Notes: a model not told the origin generated them from the sequence alone. Counted from the stretch's first letter, positions 12,583 to 23,267 are shown. The stretch is DNA of 64,000 bases from an uncultured Pelagibacteraceae bacterium (GCA_902525595.1 CABZHO010000003.1:4099-68098); one strand, 5' to 3'. Program-made: numbers and translations.

Positions 12583-13514
12583 TGATTATCGATTTTTGTA
12601 TATTGTTAATAGGACTAACTCTTCTTTTATACAGTGCAGAAAAAATGATAGTATCGGCTGATATAATTGCTAAAAAGTATAAATTATCACCTGTATTAAT
12701 AGGTTTAACGATTGTAGCTTTTGGAACATCGGCACCAGAAATTGTAATAACTCTATTTGCTGCAACAAAGGTTGTTCCAGCCACTGATGCAATAACCGGA
12801 AATATCATAGGATCTAATGTTGCTAATATTTTGCTAATCCTTGGAACCTCAGCTTTATTTTTCAATATTAATTTAGATAAAATAGGTACCAAAGACATAG
12901 TCTACTTAATTGCTATATCACTCTATTTTTCAGTTCTATTTTATATCGGACAAGCAATAACCCTTTTTCACACAATCGGCTTTTTGATTTTAATGTTATT
13001 CTATATAAATTTTCTTAGAAATTATAAGTCTTCAAATCAAGAGGAAGATCTTAAAACATTCAAAAGTAATACTTATTTAATATTAGTGATTACATTTATT
13101 GGAATCTTTATTGGTGGAAAAATTTTTTTAGACAGTTCCCTGAATATTTTTCAAGCATTGGGGGTGGATGAAGTATTAATAGGTGTTTTTGTATTAGCCG
13201 TCGGTACATCTTTACCAGAATTAATAACGGTTATCATATCATACCTAAAAAAAAAGGGCTCTATAGGCATAGGAAATATTATTGGAAGTAATATTATGAA
13301 CGTCTTATTTGTATTCCTGCCAGGGATTGTAATTGTGCAAATGAGGGGACTTGAATATTCATTAAAAAATATAGATATATTTCACATAAATATTTTAATA
13401 TTGGTGACTTTAATGATAGCACTTATGGCAGTACTAAAAGTTCAAATGAAAAAAATACATTCTTTATTTTTTCTATTAAGTTATTTTTTATATCTTGGAT
13501 ACTCAATTATATAA
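12582..13514 (+). CDS. Calcium/sodium antiporter (YrbG/CaCA family)
   Basis: Alpha repeats GTSAPE and GTSLPE, each followed by GNIIGSN; about 10 TM segments. Confidence 0.92.
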   Translation: MIIDFCILLIGLTLLLYSAEKMIVSADIIAKKYKLSPVLIGLTIVAFGTSAPEIVITLFAATKVVPATDAITGNIIGSNVANILLILGTSALFFNINLDKIGTKDIVYLIAISLYFSVLFYIGQAITLFHTIGFLILMLFYINFLRNYKSSNQEEDLKTFKSNTYLILVITFIGIFIGGKIFLDSSLNIFQALGVDEVLIGVFVLAVGTSLPELITVIISYLKKKGSIGIGNIIGSNIMNVLFVFLPGIVIVQMRGLEYSLKNIDIFHINILILVTLMIALMAVLKVQMKKIHSLFFLLSYFLYLGYSII

Positions 13515-14236
13515 TGAAAAAAACAATACTAATTACAGGTGGTTCGCAGAGAATTGGGAGGTCTATTGCACTATATCTCAAAGAACTAAATTATAATTTT
13601 ATAATACATTACAATAAGTCAGTTAAATCAGCCAGAGAGTTAAGAAATATTATTAATCATTCTGGAAGCAGTTGCGAAATTATAAAAGCTGATTTATCTA
13701 AAGTATCAGATGTAAAAAATATGATAAAAAAAAGTAAAAAACTCTTTGGGCCAATACACGCAATTATAAATAATGCCTCCTTATTCCTAAATGATGATAT
13801 CGAAAACTTAAATGATAAACTTTGGTATGATCATATGAATATAAATTTATATGCGCCTTTATTACTATCTAAAGAATTCAAAAAACAGCTTCCAAAAAAG
13901 AGTTCTGGACATATTATAAATATACTAGATCAAAACGTAGTTAATCCTGATACATCATTCTTCTCGTACTCTATTTCAAAATCTGCTTTACTATCAGCCA
14001 CTATAATTATGGCCAAATCATTTGCGCCAAATATTAGAGTGAACGCCATTGGGCCAGGGCCAACTCTCAAAAACATTCATCAATCAAAAAAGCACTTTTA
14101 TAAATCGTTAAAAAAAACATTACTTAAAATAGGTTCTCCACCCGAAGAAATAGCTAAAACGGTAAAATTTCTTCTTGAATCAAAATCAATTACAGGTCAA
14201 TTTATAGCGGTAGATGGTGGAGAGCATTTATCATGA
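13514..14236 (+). CDS. SDR oxidoreductase, pteridine reductase/FolM-like
   Basis: TGGSQRIG, NNAS.F, YSISK, RVNAIGPG; directly upstream of folB. Confidence 0.85.
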   Translation: MKKTILITGGSQRIGRSIALYLKELNYNFIIHYNKSVKSARELRNIINHSGSSCEIIKADLSKVSDVKNMIKKSKKLFGPIHAIINNASLFLNDDIENLNDKLWYDHMNINLYAPLLLSKEFKKQLPKKSSGHIINILDQNVVNPDTSFFSYSISKSALLSATIIMAKSFAPNIRVNAIGPGPTLKNIHQSKKHFYKSLKKTLLKIGSPPEEIAKTVKFLLESKSITGQFIAVDGGEHLS

Positions 14237-14661
14237 TATCTAGAAACATTCTTAAATTAAGCGAATTAAGGTCAGATACAGACCTTATCAACCCAAACTC
14301 AGGATACGATTTAATCTTCTTAAATGACTTTATGATTGATGCAAACATTGGAGTATATAAGCACGAGAAAAAAAAGAGTCAGCCACTTCGAATAAACATA
14401 ATTGCTAAAGTTAAAAATCCAAAAAAAATAAATGATGATAAATTGTACAGTGTGGTTTGTTACAATCAAATTTCAAAAAAAATAAAAAAAATTGTTAAAT
14501 CAGGTCACACGATTTTGCTTGAAAAACTTGCCGAAAAAATATTTCAAGAATGTTTTAAAAATAAAAGAATTCAAACAATGAAAATAAGGCTTGAAAAACT
14601 TGACGCAATTCAAGAAGCTGAAAGTGCAGGCATTGAGGTTGAACGTTCACGTTCAGAATAA
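14233..14661 (+). CDS. folB: Dihydroneopterin aldolase
   Basis: IGVY.HE...Q.L.INI, VCY, LLE.LAE.I and RLEK, with the expected catalytic E/Y/E/K residues. Confidence 0.88.
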   Translation: MISRNILKLSELRSDTDLINPNSGYDLIFLNDFMIDANIGVYKHEKKKSQPLRINIIAKVKNPKKINDDKLYSVVCYNQISKKIKKIVKSGHTILLEKLAEKIFQECFKNKRIQTMKIRLEKLDAIQEAESAGIEVERSRSE

Positions 14662-16493
14662 TGAACAATCTTGAAAATATTAAAAAAATAGTAAATCATT
14701 CTCCTTCGTCATCAGGCATTTATAAGATGCTCAATGAAAAGAAAGAGATTATGTATGTTGGCAAAGCTAAAAATCTTCAAAACAGACTTAAAAGCTATCT
14801 AAATACTAATAACCTCTCAAATCGAATTAGGAGGATGGTTAGTAGAATATCAAATATAGAGGTAATAATAACAGAAACAGAAAAGGAAGCATTATTACTT
14901 GAAGCAAATTTAATAAAAAAACTTAAGCCACCATTCAACATTCTTTTACGAGATGATAAATCATTTCCCTATATATTTATTAACCACGAGCAAGAATTTC
15001 CACAAATATCTAAGCATAGAGGGAAACAAAAATTTAAGGGAAAATACTTTGGTCCATTCGCAACAATCAATTCTCTGAATTACACGCTTAAAATATTACA
15101 GAAAGTTTTTCTATTAAGATCTTGTGATGATACTATTTTTCAAAATAGATCTAAACCGTGCCTTCTTTATCAAATTGAGCGATGCAGTGGTCCATGTGTT
15201 GATTATACATTAAGTAAAAAAGAGTATTTACAAAGCGTTAAAAATGCTGAGCACTTTCTTTCAGGTCAACATAGCAATCTACAAGAAGAATTATCTACCA
15301 AAATGGAAGAAGAAAGTAATAGTCTCAATTATGAAAAGGCAGCAAGTTATAGGGATAAAATTGTTGCATTAACTCAAATTCAAAGCCAGCAAAACATTAA
15401 TCTTTATGATATTAAAAATACTGATGTTATTTCAATTTCTAGAAAAGCAAACAAATCGTGCATTCAAGTATTTATATATAGGTCAGGACAAAATTGGGGA
15501 AATAGATCTTATTTTCCAAAACATGGCGATGAAGTTGAAACGTTCGAAATTTTAGAACGTTTTATAGTGGATTTCTATACTAGATATTCTCCTCCAAAGA
15601 ACGTATTGATAAATACACCTATCACGAATGCATCTCTTATAGAAAAATCTCTTACTTCAATCTATAATTATAAGACAACATTCCTTGTACCTAAAAAAGG
15701 TAAAAAATTGGATATTGTTAACTACGCAAGTAGAAACTCTGAGCTAGCACTAAAAAATCATATTGCACGGTCTCACTCTGATAAAGAGAATCTAAGTCAA
15801 TTGTCACAAGTACTTAATACGAGCAAAAAAATTGAAAGAATAGAAGCATATGATAATAGTCATTTATCAGGTAAAAATGCTGTCGGTGCTATGATTGTTT
15901 GCTCTGAAGAAGGTTTTGACAAAAAGTCGTATAGAAAATTTAATATAGACTCATCAAAAGTTAATCTTGGGGATGATTACGGAATGATGAGACATGTTCT
16001 TGAAAGAAGGTTTTCAAAAGAAGCTATCAAAAATTCTAAAAAATACCAAAAGCTTCCTGATCTAGTTATTATTGATGGCGGAAAAGGTCATTATGATTTA
16101 GCAAAAACAATCTTATTGGAAAAAGGATTAAATAATATTGAGCTTTTATCAATATTCAAAGGCGAAGGTAGAAAAGAATCTTTAGATCGAATTATTTATA
16201 AGGATAAAAAAAATTCTATAGATAAGAATAGCCCATCGTTTTTCTTCATACAAAGACTTAGAGATGAGTCGCATCGTTATGCTATTGGTGCTCATAAAGC
16301 AAAAAGAAAAAAAGAAATGCATACGTCTGAGCTTGAACCGATTGAAGGACTTGGAAAAAGTAGACGGAAACTTCTTCTTAACCATTTCGGCTCAGTTAGA
16401 AATATTAAAAATGCTTCTGCTCAAGATATTTTGAAGGTAAAAGGAATAAGCAAGTTGCTATCTGAAAAAATATATGATTACTTTAATGATTAA
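14661..16493 (+). CDS. uvrC: Excinuclease ABC subunit C
   Basis: GIY-YIG (GIY...YVGKAKNL..RL.SY), RIEAYDNSH, IDGGKG, RDESHR and HhH. Confidence 0.98.
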   Translation: MNNLENIKKIVNHSPSSSGIYKMLNEKKEIMYVGKAKNLQNRLKSYLNTNNLSNRIRRMVSRISNIEVIITETEKEALLLEANLIKKLKPPFNILLRDDKSFPYIFINHEQEFPQISKHRGKQKFKGKYFGPFATINSLNYTLKILQKVFLLRSCDDTIFQNRSKPCLLYQIERCSGPCVDYTLSKKEYLQSVKNAEHFLSGQHSNLQEELSTKMEEESNSLNYEKAASYRDKIVALTQIQSQQNINLYDIKNTDVISISRKANKSCIQVFIYRSGQNWGNRSYFPKHGDEVETFEILERFIVDFYTRYSPPKNVLINTPITNASLIEKSLTSIYNYKTTFLVPKKGKKLDIVNYASRNSELALKNHIARSHSDKENLSQLSQVLNTSKKIERIEAYDNSHLSGKNAVGAMIVCSEEGFDKKSYRKFNIDSSKVNLGDDYGMMRHVLERRFSKEAIKNSKKYQKLPDLVIIDGGKGHYDLAKTILLEKGLNNIELLSIFKGEGRKESLDRIIYKDKKNSIDKNSPSFFFIQRLRDESHRYAIGAHKAKRKKEMHTSELEPIEGLGKSRRKLLLNHFGSVRNIKNASAQDILKVKGISKLLSEKIYDYFND

Positions 16494-17035
16494 TGAGTAA
16501 AGTTCCAAATTTCTTAACTATTTCTCGAATTATATTACTGCCCCTGCTGGCTTTTTTCATCATAAATGATAGTCAATTCAATGCTCTCTGGTCTATTTTT
16601 TTATTTTTTTTAATTTCCGCAACTGATTTTTTTGATGGCTATATTGCGCGTAAATTGAATACAACATCACACCTTGGAAAAATGCTGGATCCAATTGCAG
16701 ATAAATTATTTGTGACAGTAATAATCATAATTTTTATATATACACGGGATATTGAGGGTTACTCAATTATTGCTGGTATGCTGATTATATCACGAGAAAT
16801 TTTTATTTCAGGTCTAAGAGAATTTGCTGCACATTCAAATGCAAAAATATTAGAAGTTTCTAAATTAGGAAAATATAAAACAGCTACTCAAATACTTAGT
16901 TTATTTATTATATTAATATCAACTTCATTTAGTTCACTAGAAATTTCTTATCCACTAGGGATTAGTTTATTATGGATTGCAGCAGCGATGTCTTTGATAA
17001 GTGCTTATAAGTATTATAATACAGTATTCAATTAA
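16493..17035 (+). CDS. pgsA: CDP-diacylglycerol--glycerol-3-phosphate 3-phosphatidyltransferase
   Basis: PNFLT.SR, TDFFDGYIAR...S.LG.MLDPIADK; uvrC-pgsA synteny. Confidence 0.95.
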   Translation: MSKVPNFLTISRIILLPLLAFFIINDSQFNALWSIFLFFLISATDFFDGYIARKLNTTSHLGKMLDPIADKLFVTVIIIIFIYTRDIEGYSIIAGMLIISREIFISGLREFAAHSNAKILEVSKLGKYKTATQILSLFIILISTSFSSLEISYPLGISLLWIAAAMSLISAYKYYNTVFN

Positions 17036-17913
17036 GATCTTACTAATTGATGGAAATCTTGCATGAATTGGAACGTTTTTGTGTCTTCTCCAGTATTAAA
17101 TTTTGTCTCGTCAATCAATTGTATTGGTGTTATCTCAGCAGCCGTACCTGTTAAAAAGGCTTCTTCATAATTTTTCATCTCTTCTGGCTTAAGGTGTTTT
17201 TCTTCAACTTGAAAACCTTGGTCTGTGACCATTTCAATTACGGTTTGTCTTGTAATTCCATTGAGAAAACAGTCAGGTATCGGCGTATGAATTGCGTTAT
17301 CTTTGATGAAAAATATATTAGCACCTGTCCCCTCTGCGACAAATCCTCTATAGTCAAGCATTAGTGCATCATTGTAACCCTTGTCCTCGGCAAATTCTTT
17401 TGACATTGTGCAAATAACATATGGCCCTGATGCTTTAGCTTCACAAGGTGCTGTATCGGGAGATGGTCGTTTCCAAGGTGAAGTAACTAATTTAAGACCA
17501 GCTTTACGATCTTCAATTTTAAAATAGGAAGCCCAATCGTCCCAGACAGCAATGGCAACGTTGATATCTGACTTTGCAGTAGATATTCCCATTTGTTGAC
17601 TTCCTCTCCATGCTATTGGACGGACATAACAGTCGTTAAAACCCATTTTTTTGATTAACTCGTCTTTGGCTTTATTTATTTCGTCTTGACTGTAGGGTAT
17701 TTTAATTCCCACAATTTCTGCAGACTTATAAAGTCGTTGAGTATGCTCTTTAGATTTAAATATTTTTCCATTATAAGCCCTTTCGCCTTCAAATACTGCG
17801 CTAGCGTAATGAAGTCCTTGTGTGATAACGTGACACTTAGCATCATTCCAGTGAATAAAATCACCGTTCATCCATATATATCCGTCTCTATTATCGAAAG
17901 GTGCAATTTCCAT
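17032..17913 (-). CDS. ilvE: Branched-chain amino acid aminotransferase
   Basis: LHYAS.VFEG.RAY, YVRP, AEGTGANIF, L.GITRQTV, TGTAAE. Confidence 0.95.
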   Translation of the reverse strand: MEIAPFDNRDGYIWMNGDFIHWNDAKCHVITQGLHYASAVFEGERAYNGKIFKSKEHTQRLYKSAEIVGIKIPYSQDEINKAKDELIKKMGFNDCYVRPIAWRGSQQMGISTAKSDINVAIAVWDDWASYFKIEDRKAGLKLVTSPWKRPSPDTAPCEAKASGPYVICTMSKEFAEDKGYNDALMLDYRGFVAEGTGANIFFIKDNAIHTPIPDCFLNGITRQTVIEMVTDQGFQVEEKHLKPEEMKNYEEAFLTGTAAEITPIQLIDETKFNTGEDTKTFQFMQDFHQLVRS

Positions 17914-17992
17914 TAGTTTTCCTTATAAGAATAATGTTTCATAACAGAAAATTTCCTTGATTAACACCTATTTTTATTTTAATTGTGTCATA

Positions 17993-18463
17993 ATGGCTGA
18001 CTTAAATACAAGTTCAAATAAATCTCTTTCTCTACTTTATCTTCGTGAAGACAGAATTAAAAACTCATTAAATAATTTTTTTGAAGTGCATCGTTTATTT
18101 GAAAAAGAAATTTTATCTCAATTAGAGAATGAGACTCTTGGTGTAGCAGACATCAGATGCCTTTTAATTATTAATATAAATCCAGGGATAACTTTCATTC
18201 AACTTTTAAAGAGTTTGGATATCAGAAAGCAAAGCTTAAATAGAGTATTAAGAATTCTAGTTAGAGAGAATTACATTATTCAAAAAATTAATACAGAAGA
18301 TGCAAGAAAAAAAAATTTATTTATAACTGATAAAGCTAATAAAGTACTTAATGAAACAATTAAACCACTCATTAATAAGCTTTCTCAGTCCTACGTGAAA
18401 TCTGGAGCAAATTCTGTTCACGGATTTAATCAAGTTGTAAACTACCTAACGGAACAAAATTAA
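17993..18463 (+). CDS. MarR family transcriptional regulator (PetP-like)
   Basis: LYLRED, NPGIT...LL..L.I.KQSLNRVL..L...DARKK winged helix. ATG at 17993 is preferred over TTG at 17957. Confidence 0.85.
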   Translation: MADLNTSSNKSLSLLYLREDRIKNSLNNFFEVHRLFEKEILSQLENETLGVADIRCLLIININPGITFIQLLKSLDIRKQSLNRVLRILVRENYIIQKINTEDARKKNLFITDKANKVLNETIKPLINKLSQSYVKSGANSVHGFNQVVNYLTEQN

Positions 18464-19137
18464 TGAGTAATAATCTTCATATACTAATTGTCGATGATGA
18501 TGATAAGATTAGGCAATTATTAAGATTATATTTGATTGAAAATAATTTTTTAATTTCAACAGCTAGTAATGCTGCTGAAGCAGAAGAACTACTTAAGCTA
18601 ATAGTTTTTGATTTAATAGTTTTAGATATAATGATGCCTGGTAGAAGTGGCTATGAACTTACAAAAGATATAAGAAAGTACTCTCTTACACCCATTATTC
18701 ATTTAACCGCAATGAATGAATTTGAAAATAGAGTTCATGGATTAGAAATTGGAGCGGATGATTACCTAAATAAACCTTTCGAACCACGTGAATTATTATT
18801 ACGAATTAACAATATTTTAAATAAATTATCTGAAAAAATTGATAAAAAATTAATTCAATTAGACAATATCGTAATTGATCTTTCTGGTGGAGTAATCAAA
18901 GGAAAGACTAAGGACGTTAACCTTAATAGCAACGAAATAAAAATTTTACAGGTATTGGCGTCTGAGCCTGGGAAGTCCTTTTCAAGAGAGCACCTTATCG
19001 AAACACTAGATTTTACTCAGGAAAGAACTTTGGATGTTTGTATAAATAGACTGAGAAAGAAAATTGAAAAAAATCCAAAAATTCCAAAATTTCTTAAAAC
19101 AAAAAGGGGTTCTGGATATGAGTTGTGGATTAATTAG
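18463..19137 (+). CDS. OmpR-family response regulator (PetR-like)
   Basis: ILIVDDD, DIMMPG (phosphoacceptor Asp), GADDYL.KPF, winged helix R.LDV.I.RLRKKIE. Confidence 0.93.
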   Translation: MSNNLHILIVDDDDKIRQLLRLYLIENNFLISTASNAAEAEELLKLIVFDLIVLDIMMPGRSGYELTKDIRKYSLTPIIHLTAMNEFENRVHGLEIGADDYLNKPFEPRELLLRINNILNKLSEKIDKKLIQLDNIVIDLSGGVIKGKTKDVNLNSNEIKILQVLASEPGKSFSREHLIETLDFTQERTLDVCINRLRKKIEKNPKIPKFLKTKRGSGYELWIN

Positions 19138-20433
19138 ATGCTCTTAAAAAAATTATTACCAACTAGTCTTTTGGGAAGAACTGCTTTAATTGTTCTATTT
19201 CCAATTGTTATGTTTCAGCTAATAATATTGTCATATTATTATAATAGTCTATGGGAAAGGACACTCAATAGACTGTCTAGATCAGTAGCAATGGAAATCC
19301 AACTGATTGCAGAACCCTTTATTTTTAAAGAAGAAGTAAAATTTGATATAGAAAGAATAGAAGAGATTTTTCTCATCAAGTATCAGATTATTAAAGAAAG
19401 TAATTATATTGAAACTAAAAGTGATATCAATAATCTAGCATTTAAAAGCTTCGATAAAGAATTAAAAGTTAGAATTAAAAACCCTTTTACTCTCACAAAA
19501 GATGATGAGGATAATGTAAAAGTATTAATTAAACTTAAGAATGAATATTTAGAGATACTTCTTCCATATTCACGAATTACAACGTCGAGAAATCATATTG
19601 TATTTGGTTGGCAAATTATTTCATCTTTCATCTTGGTGTTAATTGCTTATTTATTTCTTAAAAATCAGGTTAAGCCAATTACTAATTTAGCAAAGGCAGC
19701 TGAACAATTTGGTAAAGGACAAGAAGTTAATGATTTTAAGATCTCAGGAGCGTTGGAAGTAAGACAAGCAGGGCAAGAATTTTTAAAAATGAAAGAACGT
19801 ATTTCTAAACAAATTGAACAAAGGTCACTAATGCTCGCAGGAGTAAGCCATGATTTAAAAACACCACTCACAAGAATGAAATTAATATTAGAGTCACTCA
19901 AAGAACAAAATATAAAAGACAACTTAAACGAGGAAGTTGATCAGATGAACGATATGCTGGTAGAATATCTAGATTTTGCTGCTATCAATGAATCTGAAAA
20001 CAGATCTATTGTAAATCCTATTGAGGCTCTTAAAAAAATACAGAATGATATTCATTTTAAAGGCCACAACATTAAAATAGTAATTGCCAATGATTCTAGC
20101 ATAGAAATTAATGAAAATATCTTTGTCCGCTCAATAACGAATATACTGAACAACGCTATCAGGGTTTCTACTGAAATACAGGTAGTAGTCGATATTACTA
20201 ATGAATTAATTAAGTTTAGTATTCACGATAATGGACCTGGGATTCCAGATCATGAAAAGGCTAACGTTTTTAAGCCTTTTTATAGAATTGATAAGAGCAG
20301 GAATCAAAATACATTTAATTCAGGTCTAGGCTTAGCTACGACAAAAGCATTATTAAGTACCATCAATGGAAAAATAAGTCTGCATGACAGTTATATGGGT
20401 GGGTTAGAAGTTATAATAGAAATTCCTAATTAA
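19138..20433 (+). CDS. EnvZ-type sensor histidine kinase
   Basis: Two TM segments, HAMP, H-box GVSHDLKTPLTR, N-box, DNGPGIP, FKPFYR, GLGL. Confidence 0.93.
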   Translation: MLLKKLLPTSLLGRTALIVLFPIVMFQLIILSYYYNSLWERTLNRLSRSVAMEIQLIAEPFIFKEEVKFDIERIEEIFLIKYQIIKESNYIETKSDINNLAFKSFDKELKVRIKNPFTLTKDDEDNVKVLIKLKNEYLEILLPYSRITTSRNHIVFGWQIISSFILVLIAYLFLKNQVKPITNLAKAAEQFGKGQEVNDFKISGALEVRQAGQEFLKMKERISKQIEQRSLMLAGVSHDLKTPLTRMKLILESLKEQNIKDNLNEEVDQMNDMLVEYLDFAAINESENRSIVNPIEALKKIQNDIHFKGHNIKIVIANDSSIEINENIFVRSITNILNNAIRVSTEIQVVVDITNELIKFSIHDNGPGIPDHEKANVFKPFYRIDKSRNQNTFNSGLGLATTKALLSTINGKISLHDSYMGGLEVIIEIPN

Positions 20434-21278
20434 TTCTTGCTCAAATCCCTTGATCTTTTCGCTGCCTTTTTTATAGCTCGCTCAAGCATTTTCTGCATAC
20501 CTTCTGATGACTCTAATATTGAAAGTGCGGCTTCAGTAGTACCCCCCTTACTTTTAACTTTTCTTTTGAGCTCTTCTGGTTCATGCTTACTACTCAACAT
20601 TAATAGAACTGACCCGAGTAACGTTTGAAGAGTCATATTTTTTGAATTTTTAAATCCTAATTTGTTAGAAATTTTTATTAATGAGTCAACGAATAGATAA
20701 ACATATGCAGGCCCACTTCCATAAATTGCAGTAAAGTTATCTATAAGCTTCTCACTTTTTGTCTCATTTACCTGCCCAAATAATGACATAAAATTTATAA
20801 CAATATTTCTTTTCTTTCTACTCACCTTATTTTCAAAACATATAATTGACGTGCCCATATTCAAGGAAACTGGGGTATTAGTCATTGCTCTAGCTATTCC
20901 TATTGATTTAGGAAATATGTTTTTAAGGTATGAAATTTTTTTTCCTGCAATAATCGATACTACGATAGAATTTCTTGTTAGCTTCTCAAAATCATTATCT
21001 ATTGAGCTTTGAAGTTGATTGGGTTTTACAGCTAACAATATAATTGATGGCTCATATCTTTCAGATTCATAATTTATTTTTTTCTTTATTATCAAGTTAT
21101 TTTGTGATTTTAACTTTTTAAGCTCGAGTGAAATTTTTTTTTCAATTATCAAAATATTTCTTGGTAAAATTTTATTAGATAACAATGATTTGATCACTGA
21201 GATTCCCATATTACCTGCTCCTAGAATTAAAAATTTTTCTTTTTTTAAACTGCCAATATTATGGTTGGTTGTACTCAT
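20430..21278 (-). CDS. proC: Pyrroline-5-carboxylate reductase
   Basis: GAGNMG, LAVKP, SIIAG, RAM.NTP, TA..GSGPAY, V.SKGGTT. Confidence 0.95.
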   Translation of the reverse strand: MSTTNHNIGSLKKEKFLILGAGNMGISVIKSLLSNKILPRNILIIEKKISLELKKLKSQNNLIIKKKINYESERYEPSIILLAVKPNQLQSSIDNDFEKLTRNSIVVSIIAGKKISYLKNIFPKSIGIARAMTNTPVSLNMGTSIICFENKVSRKKRNIVINFMSLFGQVNETKSEKLIDNFTAIYGSGPAYVYLFVDSLIKISNKLGFKNSKNMTLQTLLGSVLLMLSSKHEPEELKRKVKSKGGTTEAALSILESSEGMQKMLERAIKKAAKRSRDLSKN

Positions 21279-21400
21279 TTTTTTTGTTTTTGTTTATACT
21301 TTTTAAAAATTTTATATTCATCTTTAAATATTTTTCTTAATTCAAACAGCTTTACAATATTTTCCGAAAATTTGTTTATTAATTTATTTCTACTAATCAT
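21275..21400 (-). CDS. 41-aa small ORF, possible truncated UbiK-like accessory factor
   Basis: MISRNKLINKFSENIVKLFELRKIFKDEYKIFKKYKQKQKK*. The stop overlaps the proC start (ATGA), and it fills the proC-lgt gap. Confidence 0.5.
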   Translation of the reverse strand: MISRNKLINKFSENIVKLFELRKIFKDEYKIFKKYKQKQKK

Positions 21401-21405
21401 AAATA

Positions 21406-22239
21406 ATGCTAAACTCTAAAATTAATGTTCAAATTAATGTGATTTATCTTAGTTTTCCATCAATTAGTCCAGTATTTTTTTCAATTGGACCCATAGATGT
21501 AAGATGGTATTCGTTAGCTTATATAATCGGGTTTATTTTTGCTTGGAGATACATTAGATATCTTTCAAATAGTAATCTTAACTATGACAAGTCATCAATA
21601 AATGACAAACTCATAGATGACTTAGTTTTTTATTCAATTTTAGCGCTAATAATTGGTGCAAGAATTGGATACGTGACATTCTATAATTTAGAATATTATT
21701 CAAAAAATCTCATTGAAGTATTATACATTTGGAATGGTGGTTTATCATTTCATGGTGGACTAATTGGAATAATTCTTGCAACGATAATTATTGCTAAATC
21801 CTATAAATGCAGATTTTTTGAATTAAGTGACCTAATTTGTGTATCAGCTCCAGTCGGGATTTTTTTTGGAAGAATATCTAATTTCATTAATGGTGAATTA
21901 TTTGGAAGACCCTCTAATTATTTCATAGGCATGGTATTTCCAAGTGCTGACGACCAATATCGCCATCCAAGCCAGCTTTATGAAGCTTTTTTTGAAGGAC
22001 TCGTCATTTTTATCGTACTAAATACTTTTATTTTTTATTTCAAAAAACTTAAAACTCCAGGCTTTATATCTGGTCTTTTTCTTATACTATATGGTTTTTT
22101 TAGATTTATGATTGAATTTACGAGAGAACCAGATGCGCAAATAGGCTATATATTTAATTATTTAACGATGGGAATGATACTCTCTATTCCAATGATACTT
22201 GTGGGCTTTATCTTCTTATATAAAAGCCAAAATAAATGA
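21406..22239 (+). CDS. lgt: Prolipoprotein diacylglyceryl transferase
   Basis: VRWY.LAY, GARIGY, W.GGLSFHGG, GRI.NFINGEL.GR, RHPSQLYE, EF.REPD. The true start may be GTG at 21439. Confidence 0.97.
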   Translation: MLNSKINVQINVIYLSFPSISPVFFSIGPIDVRWYSLAYIIGFIFAWRYIRYLSNSNLNYDKSSINDKLIDDLVFYSILALIIGARIGYVTFYNLEYYSKNLIEVLYIWNGGLSFHGGLIGIILATIIIAKSYKCRFFELSDLICVSAPVGIFFGRISNFINGELFGRPSNYFIGMVFPSADDQYRHPSQLYEAFFEGLVIFIVLNTFIFYFKKLKTPGFISGLFLILYGFFRFMIEFTREPDAQIGYIFNYLTMGMILSIPMILVGFIFLYKSQNK

Positions 22240-23267
22240 TTAAACAAATCCTCAAGGAATTTGAACGATCTAACAAAACTATTTTTCTCGATGATTTTAT
22301 AAAAATAGCTCATCAAGATGAAAAATCTGGTTACTACACAACTAAAAAACCAATAGGAAAAGATGGGGATTTTATTACTGCGCCAGAAGTTTCGCAAATA
22401 TTTGGTGAAATTATTGCTATCAAAATAATAGAAAAGATTAATCAATTTAATGTTACTCAATTTAATCTTATTGAATTAGGGCCAGGCAGAGGATCATTAA
22501 TGATAGATATTGTCAGAGTTCTTGATAACTTTTTAGACAAAAACATTTTTAATTATTCACTTTATTTTCATGAGATAAATAAATTTTATATTAATAAATT
22601 AAAAACTATTTTTCCGGACTCTCAAATTAAAGATGAATTTAGTGATTACAGAGATCAATATACAATATTTATTGCCAATGAATTTTTTGATGCATTACCA
22701 ATAAGACAAATTACAAAGAAAAATGACATTTTTTTTGAAACTGCGGTAAAGATAACTAAAAAAAATAAGTTAGAATTTTCTTATGTAGAACCAAGAAAGG
22801 AAAGTTTAGAATATATAAATAGTAACATATCATTAGCAAATAATGAAGTTTATGAATTTTCTCCAGAAACAAATATGATTTTTGAAAAAATAATTAAAAT
22901 CATGCTTCAAAATAAAGGTTACTTTCTTTTGATTGACTATGGTTATTACTTATCTCCAAAAATAAGTACGTTACAATCATTAAAAGATAATAAGAAAACA
23001 AATATTTTAGACAATCCAGGGGATCAAGATATTACTTACCATGTAGATTTTGATAATTTTAAAAATATTTTATTAAAAAAAAATATTCTAAGTCACAGAA
23101 TAGTCAGTCAGGCCAAATTTTTATTTGAAAATGGTATAAAAGAGAGAACACAAGTATTAATCGATTCAAATCCTAGTAAAAATGAAGAGCTTAATCAGCA
23201 ATTAGAATTATTAACAAATGATAAGTTTATGGGAAAATTATTTAAGGTACTTGAAATAGATATTTAG
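22236..23267 (+). CDS. SAM-dependent methyltransferase, MidA/NDUFAF7 family
   Basis: GYY....IG..GDFITAPEVSQIFGE, ELGPGRG.LM, ANEFFDALP, IDYG, DIT.HVDF. Confidence 0.93.
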   Translation: MIKQILKEFERSNKTIFLDDFIKIAHQDEKSGYYTTKKPIGKDGDFITAPEVSQIFGEIIAIKIIEKINQFNVTQFNLIELGPGRGSLMIDIVRVLDNFLDKNIFNYSLYFHEINKFYINKLKTIFPDSQIKDEFSDYRDQYTIFIANEFFDALPIRQITKKNDIFFETAVKITKKNKLEFSYVEPRKESLEYINSNISLANNEVYEFSPETNMIFEKIIKIMLQNKGYFLLIDYGYYLSPKISTLQSLKDNKKTNILDNPGDQDITYHVDFDNFKNILLKKNILSHRIVSQAKFLFENGIKERTQVLIDSNPSKNEELNQQLELLTNDKFMGKLFKVLEIDI

